Shown: piece by piece, positions 34,701 to 45,859 of the stretch
Layout of the letters: every line of letters begins with the position of its first letter
How positions within the stretch are numbered: position 1 is the stretch's first letter
DNA from: Phallusia mammillata
Lineage: Eukaryota
Assembly (NCBI GenBank): GCA_965637545.1
Contig: OZ281499.1
Location: 5,394,001 to 5,458,000, forward strand
Direction of reading: 5' to 3'
DNA: 64,000 bases
The notes under the pieces: generated by a model
The model's database searches: none
The model's input: only the letters and a program-made list of their open reading frames with translations
Told to the model about the DNA's origin: nothing
Made by a program: the position numbers and the translations under genes

Positions 34701-36504
34701 ACTTTTGTCTTTTGTGATAGAACAGGCTGACAAAAAAAATTGTGTCTCACCACTAGTTTTATTGCAAGAATGAAGCCATTTCATGCAAAACCGGTCGGTC
34801 CCGATGGCCCAAACTGACCGGATAAACGTGTCAAGTGAAATATAACGAAGGTTCAATCAAAACTGCACGCGCCTCGGGGTCCAGTGCGGTGTGCGCGAGA
34901 ATTGCTAATCCGAGCTAATCTCACGGTTAGTTAATTGCGAGATCCTTCCGTTTATATGTAAAGACGAACTTTAAGTGGCGGTGCTTCGATGGGTGTGGTG
35001 TAAGTTTAAGTGGAAATTTGATAGCATAGGACTGGGCACCACATCCCGCAATTGTGGGGAATCTAAAACTAAGCATTGGCGTGGCGTTAAATGCGATCAA
35101 TTTGGGGTGACATATCACGCTTGTAATAGACGCAGGCGATAACTTCAAATGACTTTTTTTCGAGGGATCTAGTTGCACGAATAAACTGATGTAATTTGAG
35201 ATTTCGGAGTATTTTAGCGTGTTGTCCTGCCTTTGCACGGTCGTTCTTGTAAACTGAAGATCGCTTTTGTTATATGCCACTGAATTTGAAATTTATTGGA
35301 AAAAGCAAATTTTTTGCGATGTGATAAAGATCGTTGATGTATGCTTGTCTTACTTCAGGCCACGCATACTGTTGCACAATGGTGTTTGATGTAAAAATTC
35401 TTTGCAGCAAAATTTTACTCCAAAGCGATTGGTAGACGACAAAACTCCGGGTATTTTGAAAAAAAGTTTTTTAGTCCAAAATATAAGACTATGTTTGAAA
35501 GTCGAAATCCAAGCATAAATTATAAATCTCGCGCTAGATTTCTATGAGGAAATTTAGTAGCCGTTTTTTTTATCTTTAGCCAATATGTAAAGGCACTCCC
35601 ACAAGTTGTAACTATGGCAACAACCAACCAACCAGATATTGCAGGTAATGACATGAGCATGTGCCGAAACGTTTGAATAAGAAAGCATGTCGCTTTTTAG
35701 GTCTATTTGGGCCGTTAGATTCGTTATTAAACTTATGAACAGATTCGTGCATGATGTCTTTTACGTCTTTTGGGGGCCACTATTTTCGTCATTAAACTTC
35801 TGAACAGATCCTTAGTTTTCCAAACCAACCAATCAATCAAATATTACAGTTTCTCCCGACTTTTAAAAATGCACAGCATATAGCTACGTGGTCCAAGTAA
35901 TACATCATTGTCGCATTGAATCACGAAACGTAAAAATAAACACACGTGTCTATGTTTGTTTACAACATGCAATCGACGTCATCTCTCGCCCGCAAGTCTA
36001 CAATGACACGCATTTTATGACGTTTGGTCATGTGACAACGACACGTTCTCAGGGTCGTAAAAATTTTACGCGTATCAGTTTATTGCGCGACCGCTTTTCG
36101 AAAGTTTTGAATTACCGTTGTCGTTAAATTTTACCGCGTTTGACGGAACTACACCAATGGCACCTTAGCTTATTCTATGCATAATAGCGGTTTGTCCATA
36201 ATTTCTATGACTTTATGTGAACAGTGAAAAATATTATCACCTTAAAATTATTTTTTGTCAGCGCATAGTTATGCATAACATTTTGCCGGGTTGAAAAAAA
36301 AACTACCCTATATCACCTTGTAGCAAATTGTAATATCTTCCTTTCGGTCAACTTCTATATGTTTATGCCATAAAATGCCTAAAATTGAAACTTTTTTAAC
36401 GTAGCCTATGCATGTTATACAATTTCATACGACTTACTTGTAACAAAAACTGCACAAAACGCCATCAGTTTGAAAATCGTCACGATGAAATCCATTTTCT
36501 CCAT
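22584..36504 (-). CDS. Secreted mosaic mucin-like protein: signal peptide - trefoil - TSP1 - 10 ShK domains with Thr-rich linkers and 2 FN3 domains, ~1055 aa
   Basis: Exons 5'->3': 36504-36438, 34353-34311, 34075-33972, 33609-33433, 32950-32831, 32573-32274, 32044-31841, 31728-31576, 31318-31148, 30870-30756, 29566-29538, 28652-28533, 28002-27715, 27341-27042, 26712-26595, 26388-25967, 25716-25591, 23297-23229, 23069-22953, 22708-22584 (3168 nt, all GT-AG, phases consistent). The least certain points are the 29-nt exon and the acceptor at 32573. Confidence 0.85.
23355..23720 (+). repeat. Interspersed repeat of unclassified family; related fragment at ~5030-5130
   Basis: Shared segment ttcaaa(c/t)ttacaca..gtga(a/g)ttttgacccc..cggttcac in both places. 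Boundaries approximate. Confidence 0.5.
24576..25464. mobile_element. 889-bp hAT deletion derivative (CAGGGGTGGCCAACC TIR) in a ShK gene intron
   Basis: Perfect 15-bp TIR, perfect 8-bp TSD ATGTAGTA and subterminal TGTGGCTCTT repeats; no intact transposase ORF. Confidence 0.92.
25967..26712 (-). CDS. ShK domain 7 plus large Thr-rich mucin exon
   Basis: 26712-26595 (CGDTYDRC..CSFTCKMC) ends in phase 2. 26388-25967 is a 422-nt Thr/Glu/Ala-rich exon with ~16-aa repeats (TETTAATTMTTTENVP). Confidence 0.9.
27042..28652 (-). CDS. ShK domain 6 plus two fibronectin type III exons
   Basis: 28652-28533 ends CNKTCGRC. 28002-27715 reads PYNVQLT..SLIVTWEMP..GLMYGETYSAVVIA. 27341-27042 reads PYQVEV..TLTVTWKMP..GLLPGTSYIAAVTA. 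All are phase 1-1. Confidence 0.9.
30756..32950 (-). CDS. ShK domains 1-5 with Thr/Pro-rich linkers
   Basis: Six-Cys modules ending C-x3-C-x2-C at 32950-32831 (CPITCGVC), 32573-32274 (CKKSCNTC), 32044-31841 (CRRTCNFC), 31728-31576 (CEKTCGIC) and 30870-30756 (CKKTCNFC). Confidence 0.9.
31148..31318 (-). repeat. Coding 12-bp tandem repeat encoding (PTTT)n mucin-like linker
   Basis: Plus strand shows gttgttgtaggt / gttgtggttggt units; the minus-strand translation is PTTTPTTTPTTT...TTTTTT. Confidence 0.95.
33433..33609 (-). CDS. Thrombospondin type-1 repeat exon
   Basis: LSPWGQWSKCTKTCGKGTRNRERFC..C..C..C carries the WxxWxxC, CxxTCG and RxR motifs; phase 1-1. Confidence 0.92.
33678..33942 (+). 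repeat. Intronic ~70-bp direct duplication between the trefoil and TSP1 exons
   Basis: aacatcagtatttgcaaaatatttccta..ttcacaac(t/c)gtttgggtc occurs twice. Confidence 0.8.
33972..34353 (-). CDS. Trefoil (P-type) domain split over two exons
   Basis: QNCAVLLGV|RAQCAFPGVTRQSCEAQGCCYNSFAEPNCYF gives C-x9-C-x9-C-x4-CC-x8-C, the trefoil cysteine pattern with a shortened last loop. Confidence 0.85.
34568..34755 (-). mobile_element. MITE, CAGTGGTGGGATTCA family, copy 3 (ShK gene intron 1)
   Basis: Reverse-oriented homolog with perfect 8-bp TSD GTTTTATT (34560-34567 / 34756-34763). Confidence 0.87.
36438..36504 (-). CDS. Signal-peptide exon of the ShK mosaic gene
   Basis: MEKMDFIVTIFKLMAFCAVFVT is followed by a phase-1 GTAAGT donor. 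It joins 34353 to give ..VTKHVTA-QNC, with a V-x-A cleavage pattern. Confidence 0.8.
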
Positions 36505-36619
36505 TTTCAATTTATTTCGAACACCAGGAAATAATAAACAAAATCTAGCGTTCAAAAATACTTTGTTCAACGACAACCACCAAATGCTACTACCTCAAGC
36601 CGTTCTGTGGGCTTCATAC

Positions 36620-36760
36620 CTTATACTCTTCCGATGTCTGAGTAGCCCGGGGCAAGATTTTTGTCCGTTCCGGCGCGAAATATTTATTGCCGCTTCCCGC
36701 TTGACTCGGAACCAATGCGAGGGTTCTCGGGGCCTTGCTGACGTCATCGACGGTGTTGTA
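36620..36760 (-). promoter_or_regulatory. Candidate promoter / non-coding first exon of the ShK mosaic gene
   Basis: CpG-rich patch 120-250 bp upstream of the ATG, with CCAAT (36712-36716), a palindromic CRE TGACGTCA (36739-36746) and a minus-strand AG|GTATGA donor at 36620/36619. Confidence 0.4.
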
Positions 36761-38868
36761 TCAAAAATAGCTTCAGGTTTATGATTCGCCTAGAATTGTA
36801 ATCATGTTTTCTTGTGCACAGCGGGATAAGCAAGATTTTATGAAAAAATTGATAAGAATAAATTTGCCGTTAAAGAATCATGGAACGTCTCTTTAGTGGA
36901 TTTTTTTTGTTAAAACAGTTTTTGTTGGAACAAAAATATTAAGAAAGTATGCTACGTTTTTTGATGCTTCCAAGACCATTTATTCCCATTAAACATGTTC
37001 CCAAGCCCGTGACCTCAATATAGTGATTACCACTAAAAATAAACAGGACATCAGAAAACATACACAACCTGTATTTTAACTTGCTTCGTGCTATCAACTA
37101 TCATTATTTTGATATTTGAAAAAAAAGACTTGATAAAAAACAAATGTTTAAAATAAGGTTGCATGGGTACTGCAAAAACTTCCAAGACAATGGCATAGTT
37201 TTCTTAATAATAAAATACAATCGTTAACGTTAAACTTTAACAAAAAAGAACGCTTGATTTATTTTTGAAACGGTGGCACTATTCGACACTAATCTCAGTA
37301 AAATAAATTTATTTTTAGATGAAGTGTGAATTGAATGACATTTTAATGCAGCTTAGAGTGTCAACAGCTAAAACCACAAGCTGCTTATTGCAGTAGTTTC
37401 GCATAAGTTCTGTGGGTTGAACGTTGTAATTATTTTCTGAACTGTAGCCGCATTTCGATGTTTGTTTGAGAAACCTTCACCAACGAAATTTATGCCAGTG
37501 CATTTTTGCGTCTAAGTTGTAATTTATATGCCAACAATTTCAAAATCTACTTTATAAATTTGCATTAATGTATGCTTCTTCCAAAAATAGGTTGCGCTTA
37601 AATTCTTTACAACTAGAAGCACGATTTGGTTGACATTTGAAGGTAACTTCATCTGCCGACAAATCTTGATGTCAACTTGATAACATCCACACCAAGGAAA
37701 CCTTTCTGAAAACTATTTTCGTACTTGTCATGTTTGTCCACTTTTACAAAGTATTTTCTCCCCCTGGTGTCTTATCAGAACCACATTGAACTGGTAGATA
37801 GTTTTATTGCATCTTAATTTTTCATTCGAAGGATAGAAAATGTTTTTGAGCATTTGATGGGTGGGTCTAATTGTTTGTACCTAATTCGATATCAAGAAGT
37901 ATTTTTTTCAAAGTAACTAAAGGTTTTGGGAAAATAACGGCCCAAATAGACTTAAAAAGGGACATATTTCTCAAATCAAACGTCTCGGCAAATGCTAATG
38001 CCTTCATCATTGTTATGTGGGGTCACAACGGTTATAGCCGTTTATAAACACTTCACATGAAAGATTGATAAAAAGGTTTTAATTTTGCCATAAACAAACA
38101 CACAAGCTTGTATAGCAGAGTTGACGGTTTTGCAACGCAAAACACAAAAACTCAAATCAATCAGCCCTTTTACAAATCAGCATACAATTATCTCCATCGT
38201 TCACTTCGCGACCTGTCCGTGCACCCATAAACATTCCAGCAATTCCACGCTCGTTTCACATTGTTAATTACGTATGCATGCGTTGTTTACACCCCTCAAT
38301 GTGTCGGCCCGAGATTGCCGGGACATACGAGAATAAGATTGACGCCTCCGGCTATGACAAAACGTATGTGACGTTACGGTCGCGACGAAGGTGTCTCTGC
38401 ACTGAAATTTCGCGTGCGGGTATAACTGGCGGTTGACACATGAACATCCGTTGGTTTTAAAGTAATTTTCTTTTCAAGTGTTTCAAGTTGTCCTTTGTAG
38501 TGTCACGCAAATTGTTTAGTTTACCGAAAAATATCACAACCCTTAGGTGTATATTTAATCCTGGTATTGGCAACGTAAAAATCTTGCAGCCTTTGTAACA
38601 TAAATTGTAACCTAATGTAAACTTGTCTTCTTTAAAAAAAAAAAATCTTAACATGTACTGACATACTACTTCGTTTAATTGCACTTTTGCATCTTTTTCG
38701 CCCATTTTCCAATCACGTTTAAAATTCTGACGTTCCACTTTACACACTAGTAATCTGATCCTCAACTTTATTTGGGTTGCGAAAGCTTAAAACGCCAGTA
38801 CCTTTAGTTTAGGGTTTTAAAAAGCTCTAGTATGTTTTACAGGATCTTTTCCTTCAATTGTTCTACAC

Positions 38869-39269
38869 CAGTGGTTCTCAAACTTTTTCAGTATTTTTTT
38901 AAAACGGCCCCTTTGCCATTATTTCGAGGACTCGCGGTCGTTAAGCCTGAATGTGTATTTCAGGAAAACGAAATTTGATTACAGGATTTTAGCTAGTTAT
39001 GCAAAATTGCGCTTAATAATGATCCAAAGACAGCTTGCGACATCACAAACAAGACAAAAAACATAACGATTGTGCGCGAACAATTGCATTTTTGTTAGTT
39101 ATCATGCAATAAAGGCTATTGTTTAGCAATCGAGACAGTCAATTCTCAATTCTACTTTGATTTAAACTGATTCAGTGGCACATACTGACGCCAAATACGC
39201 TTATAAAATTACTTCAACCATTTCGCGGTCCCCCCAAAAGGACCGCGGACCCCAGTTGGAGAACCGCTG
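38869..39269 (+). mobile_element. hAT MITE (CAGTGGTTCTC TIR), full copy
   Basis: TIR CAGTGGTTCTC / GAGAACCGCTG; perfect 8-bp TSD TTCTACAC; homologous to 63278-63664 and 10331-10455. Confidence 0.92.
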
Positions 39270-41357
39270 TTCTACACCTTTGTGCGTGTTTTTTTTTACA
39301 TATTTTGTGTTTTTTCCTTGTCGTATTACCTATTTTTTGCAGGCTTACTAATAATGTCCACACAGGTAAAATATATACATCTCGTTTTTAATGACAGTTG
39401 TGTTGGCTGATTTAGATATAAATGCACTGCACTTTGGCATTAATATTACTGAATGAACATTAGTAACATAAATACATCAACAAAAGCCAGTTAAAGTTCT
39501 TTAAGAAAAGGTTTTATCGATCACGTTTATGTGCTTCGTCCTAAACATGTCGTTTTTTGTCTAGTGTTGTGATGAATCTTCGAAAACAGCTTCGGACGGA
39601 AACCGAATACTCGGCAGTGATGCTACAACAGGTCAGTACTCTTACATCTTAGTTCTGATGAATTTATGGTTGCTTCGGCCGTGGTTGCCAGTCTCCAAAT
39701 GAGTTACGATTTTTGCCGTGAATAGACAAATCAAGAATACTTTACACTAGCAGACGCTATAAAACATGTATTGTACGTCTATAATCTGACCTTGAAATAT
39801 TACTGTTAGCCATTATAACCTTAACACAAGTGATGCCCTGTACCAGCCTCAAAAGTTTCAGGCCTAACCTAAAATCCTCACTCTGATGGGGTTTTCTGCT
39901 AAACATTTTTGTGTTTATGCAGGTGAACTCATTCTGTTACTGTATGTAAGCTATAGCTTCAAAATATTATTTGAAAAAAAATTGATAAAAAAAAAAATTT
40001 TTTTGGGAAATTTTGGGAAACCGCTGGAGAAATTTGAACACCTTAAAAAAAAAAACTGAAAAACACCTTAAAAAAACACTGAATACAACATCTAATATTT
40101 TAAAGACAACGTGACTTGTATTTTTCAGATTAAACGACAATTTAATTTAAGATGTTTTGTATTGCTGATATTGAAATTTTATTACGCATTAATTTCATGC
40201 ACTTAAAAAAGTTAGATTTTACCGAATTTTCAAAAAAGTTATGCTCGCAAAATATGCCTAAGGTGGTCTGCCCCATGGAAAGTCCGTTAGTACGGTTTGC
40301 CTCAAGAGATTCAAGCTTCTTGCTCGGCAAAAGAGACAGAATTTCGACGTGCAATCTTACGAAAACATTGTCGCATAGAATCTTTTGAAATACATGTACT
40401 ACAGTTTAAAAACAGACAGACAAACAATGATTTGTATGATAAAAATGTTTCATACACTTTGATTACTATGGTCACTCTCTATTAAGGGCTCTCTGTATGT
40501 GAGGCATGCCGTATAGTGTTGAGGTATTTGACTCTCTGATTCTACCGAGAAAAAGTGACAACAATATACAGCCCGGTGGGTGGAGCTATAGAGCGATTGC
40601 TTTCAATCCTTTATCAGGCAAATCTAAATCAGCTGTCTGTTGGATCATATGCACAGGCCTAAACAGTAATTGATTTTTAAATGAAAGTGTGCTTTTTCGA
40701 AACGACTGTAAAGTTTTTGTACGCAGAATTTATGATTGATGATGATTTACGTTGGATACTTATGGTGTTTTGTTGTCTTGCTCAGGGATCAGCAAATTTT
40801 TCGTTATCCCGACCGGCATTAATTTGCAGATTGGTAATAAATAAAGTGTCAAATGTTCGGCCAGTCAATTTTTTTGCCGCAAAAAATATTTTCACCTACA
40901 GTGATGTTGTTGAATGACACCCGCATTGTGTTCATTATTTCCAGTCTGCTAATGTAACTAGTATGTGGGATCTTTATCAGTACTTTCTCAGACAGTGGTT
41001 TCAAAACTGTTGGCCATGGACCAGGATTTGGTTTTTAAAAACTTTTAGCGGACCAGAAGTTTATTTGAGCTGTTATTGTTTTTTGATACAATAAGCTGTC
41101 ATGTTTTTTAAGCGTTAACAAATGTTGCTGATTATTCAGTTGTGAGTATTATGTCCATGCACTACAGCCGCGGTACCTTGGTCTTTGTTCCGCAGGTGTG
41201 CTGACTACAACTTAGAATTTGTGTTTGATGGGGACCCTTGTCACAAACTTGTCGTTGAACTTTCAAGAAGTGATTCTTGATCATTGTTTAAATGTCGTTT
41301 AGACTTTAGAATAGTGGATTTAAACCTTTGTAAGTTCGCGAAACGATAAAAAACAAA

Positions 41358-41491
41358 TAAGCTGTTGCTGCCAGGCTTAGTATCAAGTTTATAGAGCTCT
41401 TCTGGCAAATGTATTTTTAAGTATCAAGTTTATAGAACTCTTCTGGCAAATGTATTTTTAAATACATTTGCCAGAAGAGCTCTATAAACTT
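41358..41491 (-). mobile_element. Second copy of the fold-back mini-element, rearranged
   Basis: Arm present twice in tandem and once inverted, central loop lost; same 3' tail (aacttgatactaagcctggcagcaacagcttat); 13-bp flanking repeat GATAAAAAACAAA. Confidence 0.75.
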
Positions 41492-44400
41492 GATAAAAAA
41501 CAAACTTACAACAAATTTTGCAACCCGTTAGTTTTATAGAATCTGTACTTATATAACCAATAATGATGTCCTTAACCCTGCAATACCAGTAACGAAATAA
41601 AACATACTGCAACAGCAATCACGTTTTATAGCGACATACTGCTGCAAATTGCTTTCAATTGACACAAAACGTTGTAAATTGTCACAAATTCCCACTCTTA
41701 AACGGCATCGTGCCGGTGTAAATAGCGATGTCGCGTGTTTGGTTTTGTTATTTGTCATGTTGCATATCGACCTGATGTAGTGCCGACTCCATATGTTTTC
41801 TGCCCACAAAAGGCGATAGAAAATCAATTGATAAACGCGACAAGAGACGCGCCTCGAATCGAACGCTCTTCCATCTGTCTGTGTAGCCACAACAGCAAAG
41901 GTCGGAAGAAACAGGGGCCAACGACCGGTTTCAGCAGCCAAAATCCGGTGAATAGACACAGGTGTCGGATATTTTTTTTAAGTAACACGGGTTATCTCAT
42001 TTCATTGGTTGAGTTTTGAGGCGAATACCCTAAATGGCGACATTTTGGCTTATGAATGTTTATAAGCTTGTTTGCTTTGGCGTGGAGGAGCAGTGTTAAA
42101 CAATTGGAGGTTATAGCAAAACAACAAGACTGTGTAACAAAAGGAATGCTTGTATTAGAAACGTGATAGAATATTGGCGCTAGATGATACCAGTTTCGAA
42201 TATTGTAGCTTGTGTGGCTAATTGGAATAAGTGTATGTTTTTGAGGATACGTTGCCATATGTTGATATTTGCCATATCTAATAAATAGATTAATTTGAAA
42301 CCATTTTCTATTACAGTTTAGATAACTAAATGTGACAATGTTACAGTCTTATGGTCGAGCTAATATTTAAACAATTTAGAAGTTTTGTGTACGTAGAAAA
42401 CATGCTACATTAAAGCGTAGTGTAACGAAATCAATCCAGGGTATGAATACTTATTCAACATTTTCATGAACGTTAAAAGGTTATATTAAAAAATAAAATT
42501 ATTTGTTTGTTTGTGTTTACCACTCAGGGGCTCGATTTGTTATTTATCAACATTGATAACGTTATGCCCAGTTCGATATCATACAATATGTCAACCGTAT
42601 GCATTATATTTTATTGATGTTGATCGATTGTACTGGTTGTCGATAGGGCATCACAAATGGTGATGGAATAACACAAACAGATAAATATTGCATGTTGCAT
42701 AACTCTTCTTTAGTTGCTGATTCAGCATTTCTTCTTAAGCTTGCTTACAGTTTGCAATCCTTCGTATGTACATGGTATTGTTATGGTTTAGGACTAGAGT
42801 TCATGCAGACTAGCGATCAAAACACACTCATATATAAACCACAGTACGCTAGGTCCATTGAATGCGTTATACCGAATCAGCCGGTCACCATAGCATTGTG
42901 TAGGTTTAGTTCTTTTCAATTTGCTCAATATTTTAAAACAAAACATGCTAAAACGTAACTAAACACTGAAACGTAGCGAACGTTCGATGCTAAAAATAAC
43001 CCGTCAGGTTAGCTATGTTTCAATGTTTGTTTTCTGTTATCGTGGTTTCGCTTTCAGGCATAGAAATTAGTTGACAGTGAAAGCAAAGTTACATTGAAAC
43101 GACGAGTTTGTGCGCACACACGAGTATTTAGCACCGAAGCAAGACTGCCTTGTAATCAACTTGCAGAGTTGCTAAAATATTCTACGCTTTGTGTCAGATT
43201 ACGTTAAAAGGGTTCAGGCTCTTTGCTCCCTAACATTGTCAATGCTAGTTTGAGTACTTGTTAAAGCTACTATGCGGTGGTCGATTTGAGTTGAGTTTAT
43301 TTTACTTGGTAAAAGAACATGTAGTGTATTACTAAGTCCTACTACATGGTGCTGTTTACTAAGTTTAAGTATTAGAAAGTGCAGAATCGGGTTTTAAATC
43401 GATGTATCTTGTTAAAAAGTTAAAACTGCCAAAGAGAACCTTCTGCATTGGTTAAAGTCCCCCATAAAATGCATTTATATTGTTTCCATGTGTTGATGGT
43501 AAATGGATTTGTTCGTTTATTAATGACCAACAATAAACTGGACTCAAATTTATAGGTCTCTTAAAGAAAACAAAAATGGCACATTAACACCCTTTTATAT
43601 GCTGTTAGGAAAGCTATGCCCTGTAACAATACAACGTTCAAGTTCAAGTCAAAATGAAAATGCAAGCGCCGTGTAATGAACTACCAATCAATATAAACGT
43701 AATGCCATGTTAATTAAGGCTTGATCTTACTTAGCAGAAAATTGCCAACACCCTTTAGTTAGACTAATGCTTGTTAAAATAGTCTTACGTATGTAAAAAC
43801 AGTCCTAACTGACATTCTCTTACAATACTTCTGTACGTAGGCACAAATTTTACGCCACATAGCGCTTTGTGCACCTATTTCATGCTACATAGCAGAGGTG
43901 CTTAAGGACAATAATTTCAAATTAATAGATTCATTGTGGCCATTGGTAAACGCGCGTCCCTCGCTTTTTGCTTTCACAATTAATTATTTATGACGAAAGA
44001 AGACACGCGACCACTGGCTTGGCCGTTTTCCCCAAACGAGCGTCGAAAACTCGTCATTGACGCCACATTGCAGATCTCGATCGATTGAGGTAATATTGGC
44101 TCGGTCATGGCAGTTCGCTGTTTTAGTCCATGTCATACTGTGGGTGTGAATTGCCGCTTGTTTACATCCTAAACTATATTAGGTTTTGAACTTTTTTGTG
44201 TGAGCCGCGTATATAGTTGTCGGATGTATTTGATTTTTTGAACATGGGTGAAGTAAACAAAAACATAAAGAAAAATAAAAGAGAGAACTTTTAGTATGAT
44301 GATGGATTTTTGTCCAGTATATAGAGGTTTTTGGTTATATGATAAAGTCTTGTTGCAGGATAGGGTACTTGGGTACAAAGTGGGTGCATAAGAGTTAACT

Positions 44401-45595
44401 ATTAAATATAGGTGTAATAATATGTTGCAGTGTATGCTGCGTGATTGCGTATGTACCACGGCCTACTTTGTATGTGCGTTTGTTCAGCTTACGTATGTTA
44501 TCAGGTCAAAAAAGTAGCTAAATCGCTAAATCAGGCATGGCAAAAACGTGAAAGAACACTACTAGCTAAGTTTGTGGTTTAAATTAGTTTGCACTGTTGC
44601 TAGGTTTTATTTATGGCCTAAAACGGGTAGAACAACATGAAACACCTCTTGTGCATACAAATTGTTTTGATATGACTCATTTTCGACTTAATTGGCAACT
44701 TCATAATGACCAAGAATTGTTGTTATTCTTTTTGCAAAATGGTTTCTATTAGTTTGGCCCAAGAGACTGTGATGACCATGTTGTTGGTTTCCATCATTAC
44801 CCACAAAAGACCACGAGATTCATCAATGAGTTAATTGCATTAAATATGTCTGTGCTTACAGTCCTCACGCACAGTTATTGTTCAACACCAAAGGCGAGTT
44901 TAGAATTACTAGAGTCAGTTGCCTGTTCGTGAGGGTGGATCAGATTTCAAAAGGTTTATTATTGTACAATTAGACATAGTTCAGATTCTGACGCAAGAAT
45001 CCAAACCAGTGTTCTGTTATGCTGTTTAAACAAAATATGTTAGAATTAGAACATCAAGTTTCATCGATTCCCAAGCTGCAAAAGAGAGCTTGTGTATAAG
45101 GAGTACATCGTATTGGAGATGTTTCAGCAGTGCAATATGTTTTTTGGCAGAAATGTTTTAAGGTTTCGAGTACAAATCCCGAGAGGAGACGTCTGGTTTA
45201 AACGAGCGCTTGTCGGGTGACTTGGCTTTCAGATATTCTGTGTGTCGTGTGGCATAGCTTTAAGATAGTCAAGGAACACATTATGGGTGGTAGAAGCAAA
45301 TTTTTGCGACACGTTGTGACCTTGAACTAGGTGAACTATTGTTATTGGTAGGACATATAGGCGCCAATATTGTCACCCAAAAGTGGTCTTGAAAGTCAGT
45401 TTGATAGTTTTATGACTATCAATGCACAGGCGTAGTTAATAAACTCGTAAGCGTAGTCTTGTTGAACAGCAGGTATACTTTTGACGTTGCTTACAGTACA
45501 CGGTCGCAGCGAGCTCATGTACATGCACAGACACAGTAAAACTTAGACTGCGGATAAACTTTTGTGTCCTCAGCTTGTGCTTTACTGTTGCTTAC

Positions 45596-45859
45596 AGTGG
45601 TTCTCAGTGTACCAGGGGAGCCAGGGGAGTGCATAACAAAAGAAAAATAGAAGACGCAATGCATTGACGGCGTGAAAACAAAAGGTCCAACCATCGTAAA
45701 CGTTCGCACAAGCCGCGAACGTCATCAATTTCCACTAATCGATTTCTTCCACTTCTCACCTTCGGATCTCGTCATGCGTTTAAACTTTGACCCCTGTAAG
45801 AGCGTGCAGAGTCAACCTTCGCAAGCAGATGGCCGGATCTTTACCAACTGAGAACCGAT
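45596..45859. mobile_element. Possible old hAT MITE
   Basis: CAGTGGTTCTCAGT ... ACTGAGAACCGAT termini; no clear TSD. Confidence 0.4.

Noticed and set aside
35520-35660. Hydrophobic minus-strand ORF (MLMSLPAISGWLVVAIV..) as the ShK gene signal peptide
   Set aside because: It has no suitable phase-1 donor and abuts a repeat also seen inverted at ~37930-37990. The exon at 36504-36438 fits better.
41376-41495. CRISPR-like or satellite interpretation of the 36-39-bp repeats
   Set aside because: There are no unique spacers, one unit is inverted, and the context is eukaryotic. A fold-back insertion explains it.
41549-41959. Longest ORFs in the 38-64 kb region (41549-41959, 51929-52270, 56448-56777, 60793-61149, 61757-62125)
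   Set aside because: They have no recognisable motifs or consistent splice chain, several overlap repeat elements, and their lengths are compatible with chance.
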